Source: an uncultured delta proteobacterium
Lineage (GTDB): Bacteria > Myxococcota_A > Polyangia > Haliangiales > Haliangiaceae
Direction: 5' to 3'
DNA: 64,000 nt
Assembly: GCA_963848295.1 (NCBI GenBank)
Contig: CAWKDB010000010.1
Coordinates: forward strand, 2,304,001 to 2,368,000
This document shows positions 32,170 through 41,703 of the stretch, piece by piece. Position 1 is the first letter of the stretch. Each line of letters starts with the position of its first letter. The notes under the pieces are model-generated. The model ran no database searches. It saw only the letters and a list, made by a program, of their open reading frames with translations, and was not told where the DNA came from. A program made the position numbers and the translations under genes.

Positions 32170-32328
32170 TCAGGTCTGCGATCCTGCCTTCGCGGGTCTG
32201 ATCTTTTCGGTGCGTGCGATCTGGACGATCTCGCCGTCATGCACGGCGATCACGAGCTCGCCGAACTTGAGCCCGACGAGCGCGGCGCGCACGAGCTCCA
32301 ACGGCTCTGCATCGCGCGGCTTGGTCAT
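32170..32328 (-). CDS. DUF2292/YezD-family small protein (52 aa, not in ORF track)
   Basis: [55 protein letters not shown] overlaps cysA stop; L.FG...I.VHDG.IVQI.RTEK.R signature. Confidence 0.85.
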   Translation of the reverse strand: MTKPRDAEPLELVRAALVGLKFGELVIAVHDGEIVQIARTEKIRPAKAGSQT

Positions 32329-33389
32329 CGCGCTTCCTCTCGCGGGAAGATCCGGGCTGAGCGCACGCGCGCCGAGAGCTCCGCGCCTCGCACGACGCCG
32401 AGCTCGTCGAGCTCGCGGAACGGGAGCTCGACGGTCAACACCTCGTTCTCCGCGGTCGTCACGGCGACGCGCGCCGCGATCCCGATCCGGCGCACGTGCG
32501 ATACCGTCACCGCGATCGCGCCCTCGACGTCGCCGCGACCGAGCGCGAAGTCATGACCGCGGACGAACGCGCGGGCCGGCCCGGGCTGCACGCCGTCGCT
32601 CGGCAGCTCGAGCCCACCCGCGACGAACATCTCGCCGCGCACCTCGCCGCGGAGCACGTTGACGCCGCCGAGGAAGTCCATGACGAACGCGCTCGTCGGC
32701 CGGTCGAAGACGTCGTTGGGGTCGCCGGCTTGCTCGATCCGGCCGCGATTCATCACGATGATCTGATCGGCGACCTCGAGCGCCTCCTCCTGATCGTGGG
32801 TCACGAACACCGACGTCACGTGCAGCTCGTCGTGCAGTCGCCGCATCCACGCCCGCAGCTCGGCGCGCACGCGCGCATCGAGGGCACCGAACGGCTCGTC
32901 GAGCAGCAGCAGCTTGGGCGCTGGCGCGAGCGCACGAGCGAGCGCGACTCGTTGGCGCTGGCCACCGGACAGCTCGCGCGGATATCGCGTCGTCGTGCCG
33001 GCCAGCTGGACGCGCTCGACGAGGTCGCGCACGCGCGCTTCGATCTGCTCCTTGGTCGACGCGTTCGGGCCGCGCCGCACGCTCAGACCGAACGCGATGT
33101 TCTCGGCGACCGTCATGTGCTCGAACAGCGCGTAGTCCTGGAACACGAAGCCGACGCCGCGCTTCTGGATCGGTGCGTCGGTGACGTCGTCGCCAGCGAA
33201 CTTCACGCGACCGCGATCGGGCGCGTCGATGCCGGCGATCACCCGGAGCAACGTCGTCTTTCCCGACCCGGACGGGCCGAGCAGCGCGACCAGCTGCCCT
33301 GCCGGAATCTCGACGCTGACGTCGTCGAGCGCCGGGAACTCGGCAAACGCCTTCGAGACGTGCTCGACCGTGACCTTGAGCGCTGTCAT
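32325..33389 (-). CDS. cysA: Sulfate ABC transporter ATPase
   Basis: [29 protein letters not shown]-terminal TOBE. Confidence 0.93.
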   Translation of the reverse strand: MTALKVTVEHVSKAFAEFPALDDVSVEIPAGQLVALLGPSGSGKTTLLRVIAGIDAPDRGRVKFAGDDVTDAPIQKRGVGFVFQDYALFEHMTVAENIAFGLSVRRGPNASTKEQIEARVRDLVERVQLAGTTTRYPRELSGGQRQRVALARALAPAPKLLLLDEPFGALDARVRAELRAWMRRLHDELHVTSVFVTHDQEEALEVADQIIVMNRGRIEQAGDPNDVFDRPTSAFVMDFLGGVNVLRGEVRGEMFVAGGLELPSDGVQPGPARAFVRGHDFALGRGDVEGAIAVTVSHVRRIGIAARVAVTTAENEVLTVELPFRELDELGVVRGAELSARVRSARIFPREEAR

Positions 33390-34183
33390 CGCGACCTCCT
33401 GACGTGCCATTCCACGATCGTCTTGCACGCGATCGTCGCGGCCGCGATAGCGACGAGGATCGTCGCGACCGCGAATGCCGCCTGATACTGAAAATCGTTG
33501 TAGAGCACCTCGACCTGGAGCGGCACGGTGTCGGTCTTGCCCCGGATATGGCCCGACACGACCGAGACCGCACCGAACTCGCCGACCGCGCGCGCGGTGC
33601 ACAGGATCGCGCCCAGTAGTAGCGGCGACTTCAAGTTCGCGAGCGTGACTCGCCAGAAGGTCTGCCAAGGCGAGGCCCCGAGCGACAGCGCCGCGATCTC
33701 CTGCGCCGGGCCGCGCGCTTCGAGTGCCGGAATGAGCTCGCGCGCGACGAACGGAATCGTCACGAACGCGGTCGTCAGCACGATGCCCGGGACGGCGAAC
33801 ACGATCTTCAGGTGATGCGCCTCGAGGAACCGCCCGATCCAGCCGCGCGCACCGAACAACAGCACGAACATCATGCCGGCGATCACCGGCGACACCGCGA
33901 ACGGCAAGTCGATCAGCGCGACGAGCACGCGCTTGCCCGGGAACTGGAACCGCGTGATCGCCCACGCTGCCGCGAGCCCGAAGCCGATGTTGAGCGGCAC
34001 CGCGAGCGCCGCGACGAACAGCGTCAACCGGATCGCGGACCCCGAGTCCGGCTGCGTGATCGCCGCCCAGTACGGGCCCGCGCCGTCGCGAAACGCGACC
34101 GCGAACACGGTGACGAGCGGCACGACGAGAAACACGGCGAGAAACCCGAGTGCGACCGCGATCAACAATCGGCGCGCGATCAT
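33386..34183 (-). CDS. cysW: Sulfate ABC permease
   Basis: [29 protein letters not shown]. Confidence 0.93.
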   Translation of the reverse strand: MIARRLLIAVALGFLAVFLVVPLVTVFAVAFRDGAGPYWAAITQPDSGSAIRLTLFVAALAVPLNIGFGLAAAWAITRFQFPGKRVLVALIDLPFAVSPVIAGMMFVLLFGARGWIGRFLEAHHLKIVFAVPGIVLTTAFVTIPFVARELIPALEARGPAQEIAALSLGASPWQTFWRVTLANLKSPLLLGAILCTARAVGEFGAVSVVSGHIRGKTDTVPLQVEVLYNDFQYQAAFAVATILVAIAAATIACKTIVEWHVRRSR

Positions 34184-35067
34184 GGCCCCACCACCGTCGC
34201 CGCCGGAGGCTGCATGGTCGGAGGTGGCGGCGAGCGCCGGCGCAAGGTCGGGATCGTGCGGCCGCGGCGGCGCCACGTCAGGCCGTTGATCGCGATCAAG
34301 ATCGCGAACGAGGCGACGAGCATGACGAGCGACAGCGCGGTCGCGCCGGCGTAGTCGAACTGATCGAGCTTCGTCATCACGAGCAACGGCGTGATCTCGG
34401 TCTTCATCGGCAGGTTGCCGCTGATGAACACGACCGAGCCGTACTCGCCGAGAGCGCGCGCGAACGCGAGCGCGAACCCGGTGACGAGCGCGGGCTGCAA
34501 CGCGGGCAACACGACGCGAACGAACGCCTGCCAGCGGGTCGCACCGAGCGTCGCCGCCGCCTCCTCGAGCCGCGGATCGAGTCCGGCGAGCACCGGCTGC
34601 ACGCTGCGCACGACGAACGGCAAACCGATGAACGTCAGCGCGATGACGACGCCGAGGCGCGAGTACGCTGCATCTATGCCGACCGCGTCGAGGTAACGGC
34701 CGATCACGCCGTGCGGGCCCCAGGTCGCGGTCAACGCGATACCGGCGACCGCGGTCGGCAACGCGAACGGCAGATCGACGAACGCATCGACGATGCGCCG
34801 GCCCGGGAAGTCGTAGCGGACGAGCACCCACGCGACGACCAGCCCGAACCCGACGTCGAGCGTCGCGGCGATCAGCGACGCTCCGAGCGATAGCGCGAAC
34901 GAGGCGAGCGCGCGGTCGGACGAGATCGTGTGCCAGAGCTCGCCGAGTGACATCGAGGACGTCTCGAGCGCGATCGTCGACAGCGGAATCACGACGAGCA
35001 GCCCGAGATACGCGAGCGTGATGCCGAGCGAGAGACCGAAGCCGGGGAGTACGCGGCGCGCCATCAC
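34180..35067 (-). CDS. cysT: Sulfate ABC permease
   Basis: [34 protein letters not shown]. Confidence 0.93.
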   Translation of the reverse strand: MMARRVLPGFGLSLGITLAYLGLLVVIPLSTIALETSSMSLGELWHTISSDRALASFALSLGASLIAATLDVGFGLVVAWVLVRYDFPGRRIVDAFVDLPFALPTAVAGIALTATWGPHGVIGRYLDAVGIDAAYSRLGVVIALTFIGLPFVVRSVQPVLAGLDPRLEEAAATLGATRWQAFVRVVLPALQPALVTGFALAFARALGEYGSVVFISGNLPMKTEITPLLVMTKLDQFDYAGATALSLVMLVASFAILIAINGLTWRRRGRTIPTLRRRSPPPPTMQPPAATVVGP

Positions 35068-36071
35068 TACCTCGCGTAGATCGAATCGAACACGCCGCCG
35101 TCGGCGAAGTGCTTGCGCTGGACCGCGGCCCAGCCGCCGAGGTCGTCGATCGTGAACAGCTCGAGCGCGGGCAGCGGGTACTTCGCGGCGGCGATCGCGG
35201 AGCGCGGCCGATAGTGATCGCGCGCGATGATGTCCTGCGCGGGCTCGGTGTAGAGGAACTCGAGAAACGCGCGCGCGACCTCCGTCGTGCCATGGCGCAG
35301 GGCGTTGCTATCGACGACCGCGACCGGCGGCTCCGCGAGGATGCTGCGCGCCGGCACGACGATGTCGATCGCACCGGGCGCTTGCGCCTGCGCGAGATAC
35401 GCCTCGCTCTCCCACGCGAGCAGGACGTCGCCGATGCCGCGCTCGACGAACGTCGTGGTCGCGCCGCGCGCACCCGAGTCGAGCACCGGCACGTGGTGGT
35501 AGAGCGAGCGCACGAACTCGGTCGCGCCGGCCTCGCCTCCGCGTTGCAGCCCGTGGCCCCAAGCCGCGAGATACGCCCAGCGCGCGCCGCCCGAGGTCTT
35601 GGGATTCGGCGCGATCACCGCGACGTCGTCGCGCACGAGGTCGTCCCAGCCCGCGATGTGCTTCGGGTTGCCCTTGCGGACGACGAACACGATCGTCGAC
35701 GTGTACGGCGTCGCGCGGTGCGGCAGGCGGCTCTGCCAGTCGCTCGCCAGCAAGCCGTTCGCCGCGATCGCATCGATGTCGCCGGCGAGTGCGAGGCTGA
35801 CGACGTCGGCATCGAGGCCCCAGATCACCGACCGCGCCTGCTTGCCGGAGCCGCCGTGCGACTGGCGAATCGCGACCGCGATGTGGTGGCTCGCCTCGTA
35901 CGTCGCGGCGAACGCGGCATCGAGGTCCTGGTAGAGCTCGACGGTCGGGTCGTACGAGACGTTCAGCAGCTCGACCGACCCGTCGTCACCGCCCTCGCCA
36001 CACCCGAGCCCGAGCCCGAGCGCGAGCGCGAGCCCGAGCCCGATACTGAACGCGACCGCGAGCCGGGACAC
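35067..36071 (-). CDS. sbp: Sulfate-binding periplasmic protein
   Basis: [39 protein letters not shown]. Confidence 0.93.
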   Translation of the reverse strand: MSRLAVAFSIGLGLALALGLGLGCGEGGDDGSVELLNVSYDPTVELYQDLDAAFAATYEASHHIAVAIRQSHGGSGKQARSVIWGLDADVVSLALAGDIDAIAANGLLASDWQSRLPHRATPYTSTIVFVVRKGNPKHIAGWDDLVRDDVAVIAPNPKTSGGARWAYLAAWGHGLQRGGEAGATEFVRSLYHHVPVLDSGARGATTTFVERGIGDVLLAWESEAYLAQAQAPGAIDIVVPARSILAEPPVAVVDSNALRHGTTEVARAFLEFLYTEPAQDIIARDHYRPRSAIAAAKYPLPALELFTIDDLGGWAAVQRKHFADGGVFDSIYAR

Positions 36072-36143
36072 GCGGCGCCACGGTGCATCGCCTAGGCCAC
36101 CCGGTAAGCAGCTGATGAACCGATGTCCGCTATAACAGATTCT

Positions 36144-36194
36144 ACGAAATATCGTGTATCACTCGAAATCTCGTGCGCTATCATGATATTTCGT
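36144..36194. promoter_or_regulatory. Three CGAAATNTCG-type near-palindromic boxes (putative enhancer sites)
   Basis: ACGAAATATCGT 36144, TCGAAATCTCGT 36163, inverted ATGATATTTCGT 36183, in an AT-rich divergent spacer. Confidence 0.6.
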
Positions 36195-36198
36195 GGGT

Positions 36199-37716
36199 AT
36201 GGCACTCGACGGCCAGCTGTGGCGCGACGCTTCGCTGTCCGGCGACGTCGCCGATTTTTTCGAGCGGACCGGTGCGCGGCTGCTCGCCACGCTCGATGCC
36301 TCGACGATCGTCGTGCGGGTCGTCGACGGTTCGAGCGATCAGCATCACGTCGATACCGTCGCGGCGATCCGGCGCGGCGCGGTCGGGGTCGCGCACTCGG
36401 GGCGCGCGCGCACACCGCTGGGCGCCGCCGCGATGGCGCGCCTCCTCGCCTGGATCGAAGCGGGTATGCCCGAGCGCGCCGGCGGTCGCGGCGCGTCCGC
36501 GGTCGCGCGCGATCTACTGCGCGGGGTCGGCGAGCTCGACGAGGAATGGTTCGTGGTGCCGCTCGCCGCGCACGCCGAGCCGCTCGGCGCCTTGCTCGTG
36601 GCGGCGCGCGGGCTCGAGCCCCGCCAGCTCGCCGGGATCAGCGAGCCGATCTCCGCCGTGCTGTCGACCGAGCATGCGCGGCGCGAGCTCACGCGGCTGC
36701 GAGAAGCCGCGGAGGCCGACCGCGCGGCCGCCCTCGCCCGCCTGCAGATTCGCGATATCGGCGTCGCGATCGTGGGCGCCGACTCCGGTCTGCGCGACGT
36801 GATGAGGCAGGTCGAGCAAGTCGCTCCGACCGGCGCGCCGGTGTTGATCCTGGGCGAGACCGGCTCGGGCAAGGAGGTCGTCGCTCGCGCGATTCACGAG
36901 CGCTCCGATCGCGCGAGCGGGCCGGTGTTGCGCGTGAACTGCGGCGCGATCGCGCCCGAGCTCGTCGATTCCGAGCTGTTCGGCCACGAGCGCGGCAGCT
37001 TCACCGGCGCGGCGACTCAGCGCCGCGGCTGGTTCGAGCGCGCGGATGGCGGCACGCTGTTTCTCGACGAGATCGGCGAGCTGCCGCACGCGGCACAGGT
37101 CCGGCTGTTGCGGGTGTTGCAGGACGGCACGTTCGAGCGCGTCGGCGGATCGCGCCCGCTCTCGGTCGATGTTCGCGTGGTCGCCGCGACCCACAGCGAT
37201 CTCGCCGCGATGGTGCGCTCCAAGCTGTTTCGCGAAGACCTCTGGTATCGCATCAACACGTTCGTGATCCGGCTGCCGCCGCTACGCGAGCGCGTCGGCG
37301 ACATTCCGGTGCTCGCCGAGCACTTCGCGGATCGCGCGGGGCGCCGATTCGGCGCCGGTCCGCTGTCGCTCACCGCGAGCGACGTCGCTCTGCTCGCCGC
37401 GTACGACTGGCCCGGCAACGTCCGCGAGCTATCCGCGGTGATCGAGCGCGCGGCGATCCTGGGCGACGGTCGCCGGCTCGACGTCGCGCGCGCGCTCGGC
37501 GCGACCGATCGCGTCGCGCTCGCGGCGGACTCGGGAGACCGGTTCCCGACTCTCGACGACGCGATGCGCTCCCACATCGAGCGCGCGCTCGCTCGTGCCC
37601 GCGGCCGGATCGACGGGCCGAAAGGCGCGGCCGCACTACTCGCGATCCATCCGAACACGTTGCGCTCGCGCATGCACAAGCTCGGCGTCGCCTGGGACCG
37701 GTTCCGCCAGGTGTGA
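36199..37716 (+). CDS. Sigma-54 activator with degenerate GAF-like N-terminus
   Basis: GETGSGKE, GSFTGA, FLDEIGE, WPGNVREL, HTH GAAALLAIHPNTLRSRM. Confidence 0.92.
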   Translation: MALDGQLWRDASLSGDVADFFERTGARLLATLDASTIVVRVVDGSSDQHHVDTVAAIRRGAVGVAHSGRARTPLGAAAMARLLAWIEAGMPERAGGRGASAVARDLLRGVGELDEEWFVVPLAAHAEPLGALLVAARGLEPRQLAGISEPISAVLSTEHARRELTRLREAAEADRAAALARLQIRDIGVAIVGADSGLRDVMRQVEQVAPTGAPVLILGETGSGKEVVARAIHERSDRASGPVLRVNCGAIAPELVDSELFGHERGSFTGAATQRRGWFERADGGTLFLDEIGELPHAAQVRLLRVLQDGTFERVGGSRPLSVDVRVVAATHSDLAAMVRSKLFREDLWYRINTFVIRLPPLRERVGDIPVLAEHFADRAGRRFGAGPLSLTASDVALLAAYDWPGNVRELSAVIERAAILGDGRRLDVARALGATDRVALAADSGDRFPTLDDAMRSHIERALARARGRIDGPKGAAALLAIHPNTLRSRMHKLGVAWDRFRQV

Positions 37717-37768
37717 TATCCGCTATAGTTGACAAGGCATCCGCTGTCGCGCTAGACATGTATCCGTT

Positions 37769-38476
37769 ATGGCGGATGACAGCTCGACCTTGCCGCGGGC
37801 GCTCGAGGGAGCCCCTGTGTTGGATGTCTTGCGCTGGGCGGCGACCGCCTTCCCACGGGTAACGTTCGCGACCGGCTTCGGCGCCGAGGGATGCGTGCTC
37901 ATCGACCTGATCGCGCGCCACCACCTGCCGATCGATCTGTTCACGCTCGACACCGGTGTGCTGTTTCGCGAGACGTATGCGCTGTGGCGCGAGCTCGAAC
38001 GCCACTACGGCGTCACGATTCGAGCGGTCCGTCCGGCTCAGACGATCGACCAGCAAGCTGCGCACCACGGCGCCGCCCTGTGGTCGCGCGATCCGGACCG
38101 CTGCTGCGAGCTCCGCAAGATCGCGCCGCTGCGCGCCGAGCTGTCCGGGTTCGACGCCTGGATCACCGCGATCCGCAGGGAGCAAACGCCCGAGCGCTCG
38201 ACCGCGCGCGTCGTCGAGCACGACGCGAAGTTTGGTCTGATCAAGGTCAACCCGCTTGCCGCGTGGACCCACGAAGACGTGTGGGGCCACATCTACCTCC
38301 ACGACGTTCCGTACAACCCGCTCCACGAGCGCGGCTATCCGTCGATCGGCTGCGAGCCGTGCACCTCCGCGATCGTGCCGGGCGAGAGCCTGCGCGCGGG
38401 TCGCTGGCGCGGCGCCGGCAAGCGCGAATGCGGGCTGCACGTGGCGGCTCCGGTCCAAGCCAAGGAGAGATCATGA
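37769..38476 (+). CDS. cysH: APS/PAPS reductase ([4Fe-4S] APS type)
   Basis: LDTG, CCELRK, GYPSIGCEPCT, ECGLH. Confidence 0.93.
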   Translation: MADDSSTLPRALEGAPVLDVLRWAATAFPRVTFATGFGAEGCVLIDLIARHHLPIDLFTLDTGVLFRETYALWRELERHYGVTIRAVRPAQTIDQQAAHHGAALWSRDPDRCCELRKIAPLRAELSGFDAWITAIRREQTPERSTARVVEHDAKFGLIKVNPLAAWTHEDVWGHIYLHDVPYNPLHERGYPSIGCEPCTSAIVPGESLRAGRWRGAGKRECGLHVAAPVQAKERS

Positions 38477-39120
38477 CGCTCTACCCGGTGTTCCTGAAGC
38501 TCGATGCGCTGCCGGTCGTCATCGTCGGCGGCGGACAGGTCGCGGCGGAGAAGCTCGCCGGCCTCGTCGCCGCCGGTGCGCGCGTCACGGTCGTCGCGCC
38601 ACACGTCTCGCCCGCGATTCGCTCGCAGGCGACGGTCATCGACGGCGCCGGCTCGCCCCGCGACGGCGGCACCGCCGAAGGGCGGTGCGGCTTGATCGAA
38701 CGCGAGTTCCGCGCGAGCGATCTCGATGGCACGCGCTGGGTCGTCGCCGCCGCGACGCCCGACGTCAATCGCGCGGTGGCGGTCGCCGCTGAAGCGCGCG
38801 GCTTGTTCGTCAATGCGGTCGACGATCCCGACGCCGCGACCGCCTACCTCGGTGGCGTCGTGCGCCGCGGCGATGTCGAGATCGCGATCTCCACGAACGG
38901 GCGCGCTCCCGCGCTCGCCGGCTTGCTGCGCGAGGCGCTCGATGCGGTGTTGCCGGATGATCTCGAGCGCTGGATCGATGTCGCGATCGCGGAGCGCACC
39001 GAGCACCGTCGCCGGCGCGTTCCGATCGCCGAGCGCCGCCCGTTGCTCCTCCGCGCACTCGATCGGCTGTACGAGCAACGCCTCGGCCCGACCTCGGAGC
39101 AGCCGCGGAGCACGTCGTGA
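38473..39120 (+). CDS. Precorrin-2 dehydrogenase/sirohydrochlorin ferrochelatase (CysG N-terminal module) with 19-aa insertion
   Basis: YPVFLKL, VGGGQVA, FVNAVDD, IAISTNGRAPALA. Confidence 0.9.
   Translation: MTLYPVFLKLDALPVVIVGGGQVAAEKLAGLVAAGARVTVVAPHVSPAIRSQATVIDGAGSPRDGGTAEGRCGLIEREFRASDLDGTRWVVAAATPDVNRAVAVAAEARGLFVNAVDDPDAATAYLGGVVRRGDVEIAISTNGRAPALAGLLREALDAVLPDDLERWIDVAIAERTEHRRRRVPIAERRPLLLRALDRLYEQRLGPTSEQPRSTS
38638..38700 (+). mobile_element. In-frame 57-nt palindromic element copy A
   Basis: ATCGA direct repeats 57 nt apart; hairpin GCACCGCC-GAAG-GGCGGTGC. Confidence 0.75.
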
Positions 39121-39935
39121 CCGGCAGCGTCGCGCTCGTCGGTGCGGGCCCGGGCGATCCCGAGCTGCTCACCGTGCGCGCGGTCGACCGCCTGCGCGCC
39201 GCAGATCTCGTGCTCTACGACGCGCTCACGCCCGAGAGCTTGCTCGCGCTCGCGCCGAACGCGAAGCGATTCTTCGTCGGCAAACGCGCGGGACGTCATT
39301 CGATCGACGGACGGGGCTTGTCCCCGGCCGGCAGCGCCGCCGCAGGACGGCGCGGTTGGATCGAGCAACGGGAGATCCACGGCCTGATGATCCGCGCCGC
39401 GCGGCGCGGTGATCGCGTCGTCCGGCTCAAGTGCGGCGATCCGTTCGTGCTCGGCCGCGGCGGCGAAGAGGCGCTCGCACTCGAGGCGGCGGGCGTGACG
39501 TACGAGATCGTGCCCGGCCTGAGCTCCGCGCTCGCGGCACCCGCGCTCGCCGGCATCCCGGTGACCCATCGCGGGGTCGCGGCCGGGTTCGCCGTGATCT
39601 CCGGCCACGCGGCGAGCGCGTACGAACCGATGATCGACTCGATCGCGCCGGGTGCCCTGACGCTCGTCGTGTTGATGGGCCTGCGCACGCGCACCGAGCT
39701 CGCCGCGCACCTCGTCGCCCGCGGCTGGTCGGCCGAGACGCCGGCGGCGATCGTGCTCGCCGCGTCGCAACCGGGCGAGACGCGCTACCTCGGTACGCTC
39801 GCGACGCTCGGCGAGCTCGCGGCCAGCGCCGACATCGAGTCGCCCGGCGTGATCGTGATCGGCGAGGTCGTCCGCTTGGCGGACGCGATCGGCCGGCGCG
39901 AAGTCATCTTGCCCGAAGCTGCGAGGTCGTCATGA
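39117..39935 (+). CDS. cobA: Uroporphyrinogen-III C-methyltransferase with 19-aa insertion
   Basis: LVGAGPGDPELLT, RLKCGDPFVLGRGGEE, GIPVTHRG. Confidence 0.92.
   Translation: MTGSVALVGAGPGDPELLTVRAVDRLRAADLVLYDALTPESLLALAPNAKRFFVGKRAGRHSIDGRGLSPAGSAAAGRRGWIEQREIHGLMIRAARRGDRVVRLKCGDPFVLGRGGEEALALEAAGVTYEIVPGLSSALAAPALAGIPVTHRGVAAGFAVISGHAASAYEPMIDSIAPGALTLVVLMGLRTRTELAAHLVARGWSAETPAAIVLAASQPGETRYLGTLATLGELAASADIESPGVIVIGEVVRLADAIGRREVILPEAARSS
39303..39365 (+). mobile_element. In-frame 57-nt palindromic element copy B
   Basis: (G)ATCGA repeats 57 nt apart; hairpin GCGCCG-CC-GCA-GG-A-CGGCGC; 46/63 nt ungapped identity to copy A. Confidence 0.75.
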
Positions 39936-41677
39936 GTGTCACTGCTGCTCCGATCCCGGTCGGCCGCCTCGGCTTTGCGAACCACGAGGACATCGACCTG
40001 TTCGTGCAACGCCTCGATGCGTTCGAGCGCGGCGAGCTGTCCGCCGACGACTGGCGGTCATTTCGTTTGCTCAACGGCGTCTACGGGCAACGCCAGGACG
40101 GCGTGATGATGCTGCGCGCGAAGCTCCCCGCCGGCATCGCGACGCCCGCTCAGCTCGAAGCGCTCGCCGAGGTCGCCGATCGGTTCGCCCACGGCAAAGG
40201 CCACATCACGACCCGGCAAAACGTCCAGTTCCACTTCGTGGCGGCCACCGAGGTCGAGACCGCGCTGCGGTTGCTCGCCGACTCCGGGATCACGACGCGC
40301 GAGGCGTGCGGACATTCAGTGCGCAACTGGACGTGCTGCCCGTTCGCCGGCGTCGCGCGCGGCGAAGCGTTCGACCCGACACCGTACGTCGAGGCCCTCG
40401 CTCGCCACTTGCTGCGCGGCCCGTACTCGTCGTCGCTGCCGCGCAAGCTCAAGCCGTCGCTCGGCGGCTGCTGCGGCACCGACTGTTCGCAGGCGTTCAT
40501 CAACGACCTCGGGCTGCTCGCGCGCTCGCGCGATGGCGAGATCGGGTTCCAGCTGCTCGCCGGCGGTGGCTTGTCGACGCTGCGCCGCAGCGCGCTGATC
40601 GTCGAAGACTTCGTACCCGCCGTCGAGGTCCTCGAAGCTGCCGACGCGGTGGTCCGGGTGTTTCATCGCATCGGCAATCGCCACAATCGGGCGAAGGCGC
40701 GGCTCAAGTGGGCGATCGACAAGATCGGCTCGGAGGCCTTCCTCGCGGAGTACCGCGCCGAACGCGACGTGATTCGCGCCGAGGGTGGCGTGCCACTCGT
40801 GCTACCGCCGCAACCGGAGGTCCGGCCCGCGTTGCGCACTCCGCTCGGCGTGTTCGCGTCGGTGACCCCGGAGTACAGCGCGTGGGCGACCGACAGCGTG
40901 CGCGCCCAGAAACAACACGGCTTCTCGGCCGTCGTGATCCGCCTCGTGCTCGGCGACGTCACCGCGCCACAGCTGCGTTCGCTCGCTCGGTTGTGCGTCC
41001 ACTATGGCGACGGCGAGCTGCGCACGACGAACGAGCAGAACCTCGTGCTGCGCTGGGTCGCGACTGCGCGGTTGCCCGCGTTGCATCGCGAGCTCGCCGC
41101 GATCGGGCTCGCACGCTCCGGTGCGAACACGATCGCCGACGTGACGAGCTGCCCGGGCGCTTCGACTTGCAAGCTCGCGGTCACCGCGTCACGCGGGCTC
41201 GGCGCGACCCTGACCGAGCAGCTCGACGACTTGATCCGGCGCCGTCCCGAGCTCGCCGCCGCGACTCGCGGCCTCGACATCAAGGTCTCGGGCTGTCCGC
41301 ACGGTTGCGGTCAGCACTACATCGCCGGCATCGGGTTCCAGGGCGGGATGCGCAAGGTCGCGGGCCGTCCCGCGCCGCAGTATCTCGTCTATGTCGGCGG
41401 CGGCATCACCGCCGATCGCGCGGACTTCGGGCGGTTGATCGCGAAGGTGCCGGCGCGACGCGCGGGCGCCGCCCTCGAACGGTTGCTCGACTTCTATACC
41501 GAGCACGGCGGCACCGGGCATACGTTCTGGACCGACATCGCGACCGACGAGCTCAAGGGCGTGATCGGCGACCTCGCGACGCTGCGCGACGAGGATGCGA
41601 TCGAGGCCGACTTCGTGGATCTCGGCGAAACCAGCGCGTTCGAGGTCTCGAACAGCGAGGGCGAATGCGCGTCGTAG
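39932..41677 (+). CDS. Ferredoxin-dependent sulfite/nitrite reductase hemoprotein
   Basis: TTRQNVQFH, LPRKLK, SCPGASTC, SGCPHGC siroheme/[4Fe-4S] ligands. Confidence 0.92.
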   Translation: MSVTAAPIPVGRLGFANHEDIDLFVQRLDAFERGELSADDWRSFRLLNGVYGQRQDGVMMLRAKLPAGIATPAQLEALAEVADRFAHGKGHITTRQNVQFHFVAATEVETALRLLADSGITTREACGHSVRNWTCCPFAGVARGEAFDPTPYVEALARHLLRGPYSSSLPRKLKPSLGGCCGTDCSQAFINDLGLLARSRDGEIGFQLLAGGGLSTLRRSALIVEDFVPAVEVLEAADAVVRVFHRIGNRHNRAKARLKWAIDKIGSEAFLAEYRAERDVIRAEGGVPLVLPPQPEVRPALRTPLGVFASVTPEYSAWATDSVRAQKQHGFSAVVIRLVLGDVTAPQLRSLARLCVHYGDGELRTTNEQNLVLRWVATARLPALHRELAAIGLARSGANTIADVTSCPGASTCKLAVTASRGLGATLTEQLDDLIRRRPELAAATRGLDIKVSGCPHGCGQHYIAGIGFQGGMRKVAGRPAPQYLVYVGGGITADRADFGRLIAKVPARRAGAALERLLDFYTEHGGTGHTFWTDIATDELKGVIGDLATLRDEDAIEADFVDLGETSAFEVSNSEGECAS

Positions 41678-41703
41678 GGCCTGGGCTTCGGTTATGATGA
41701 CGT

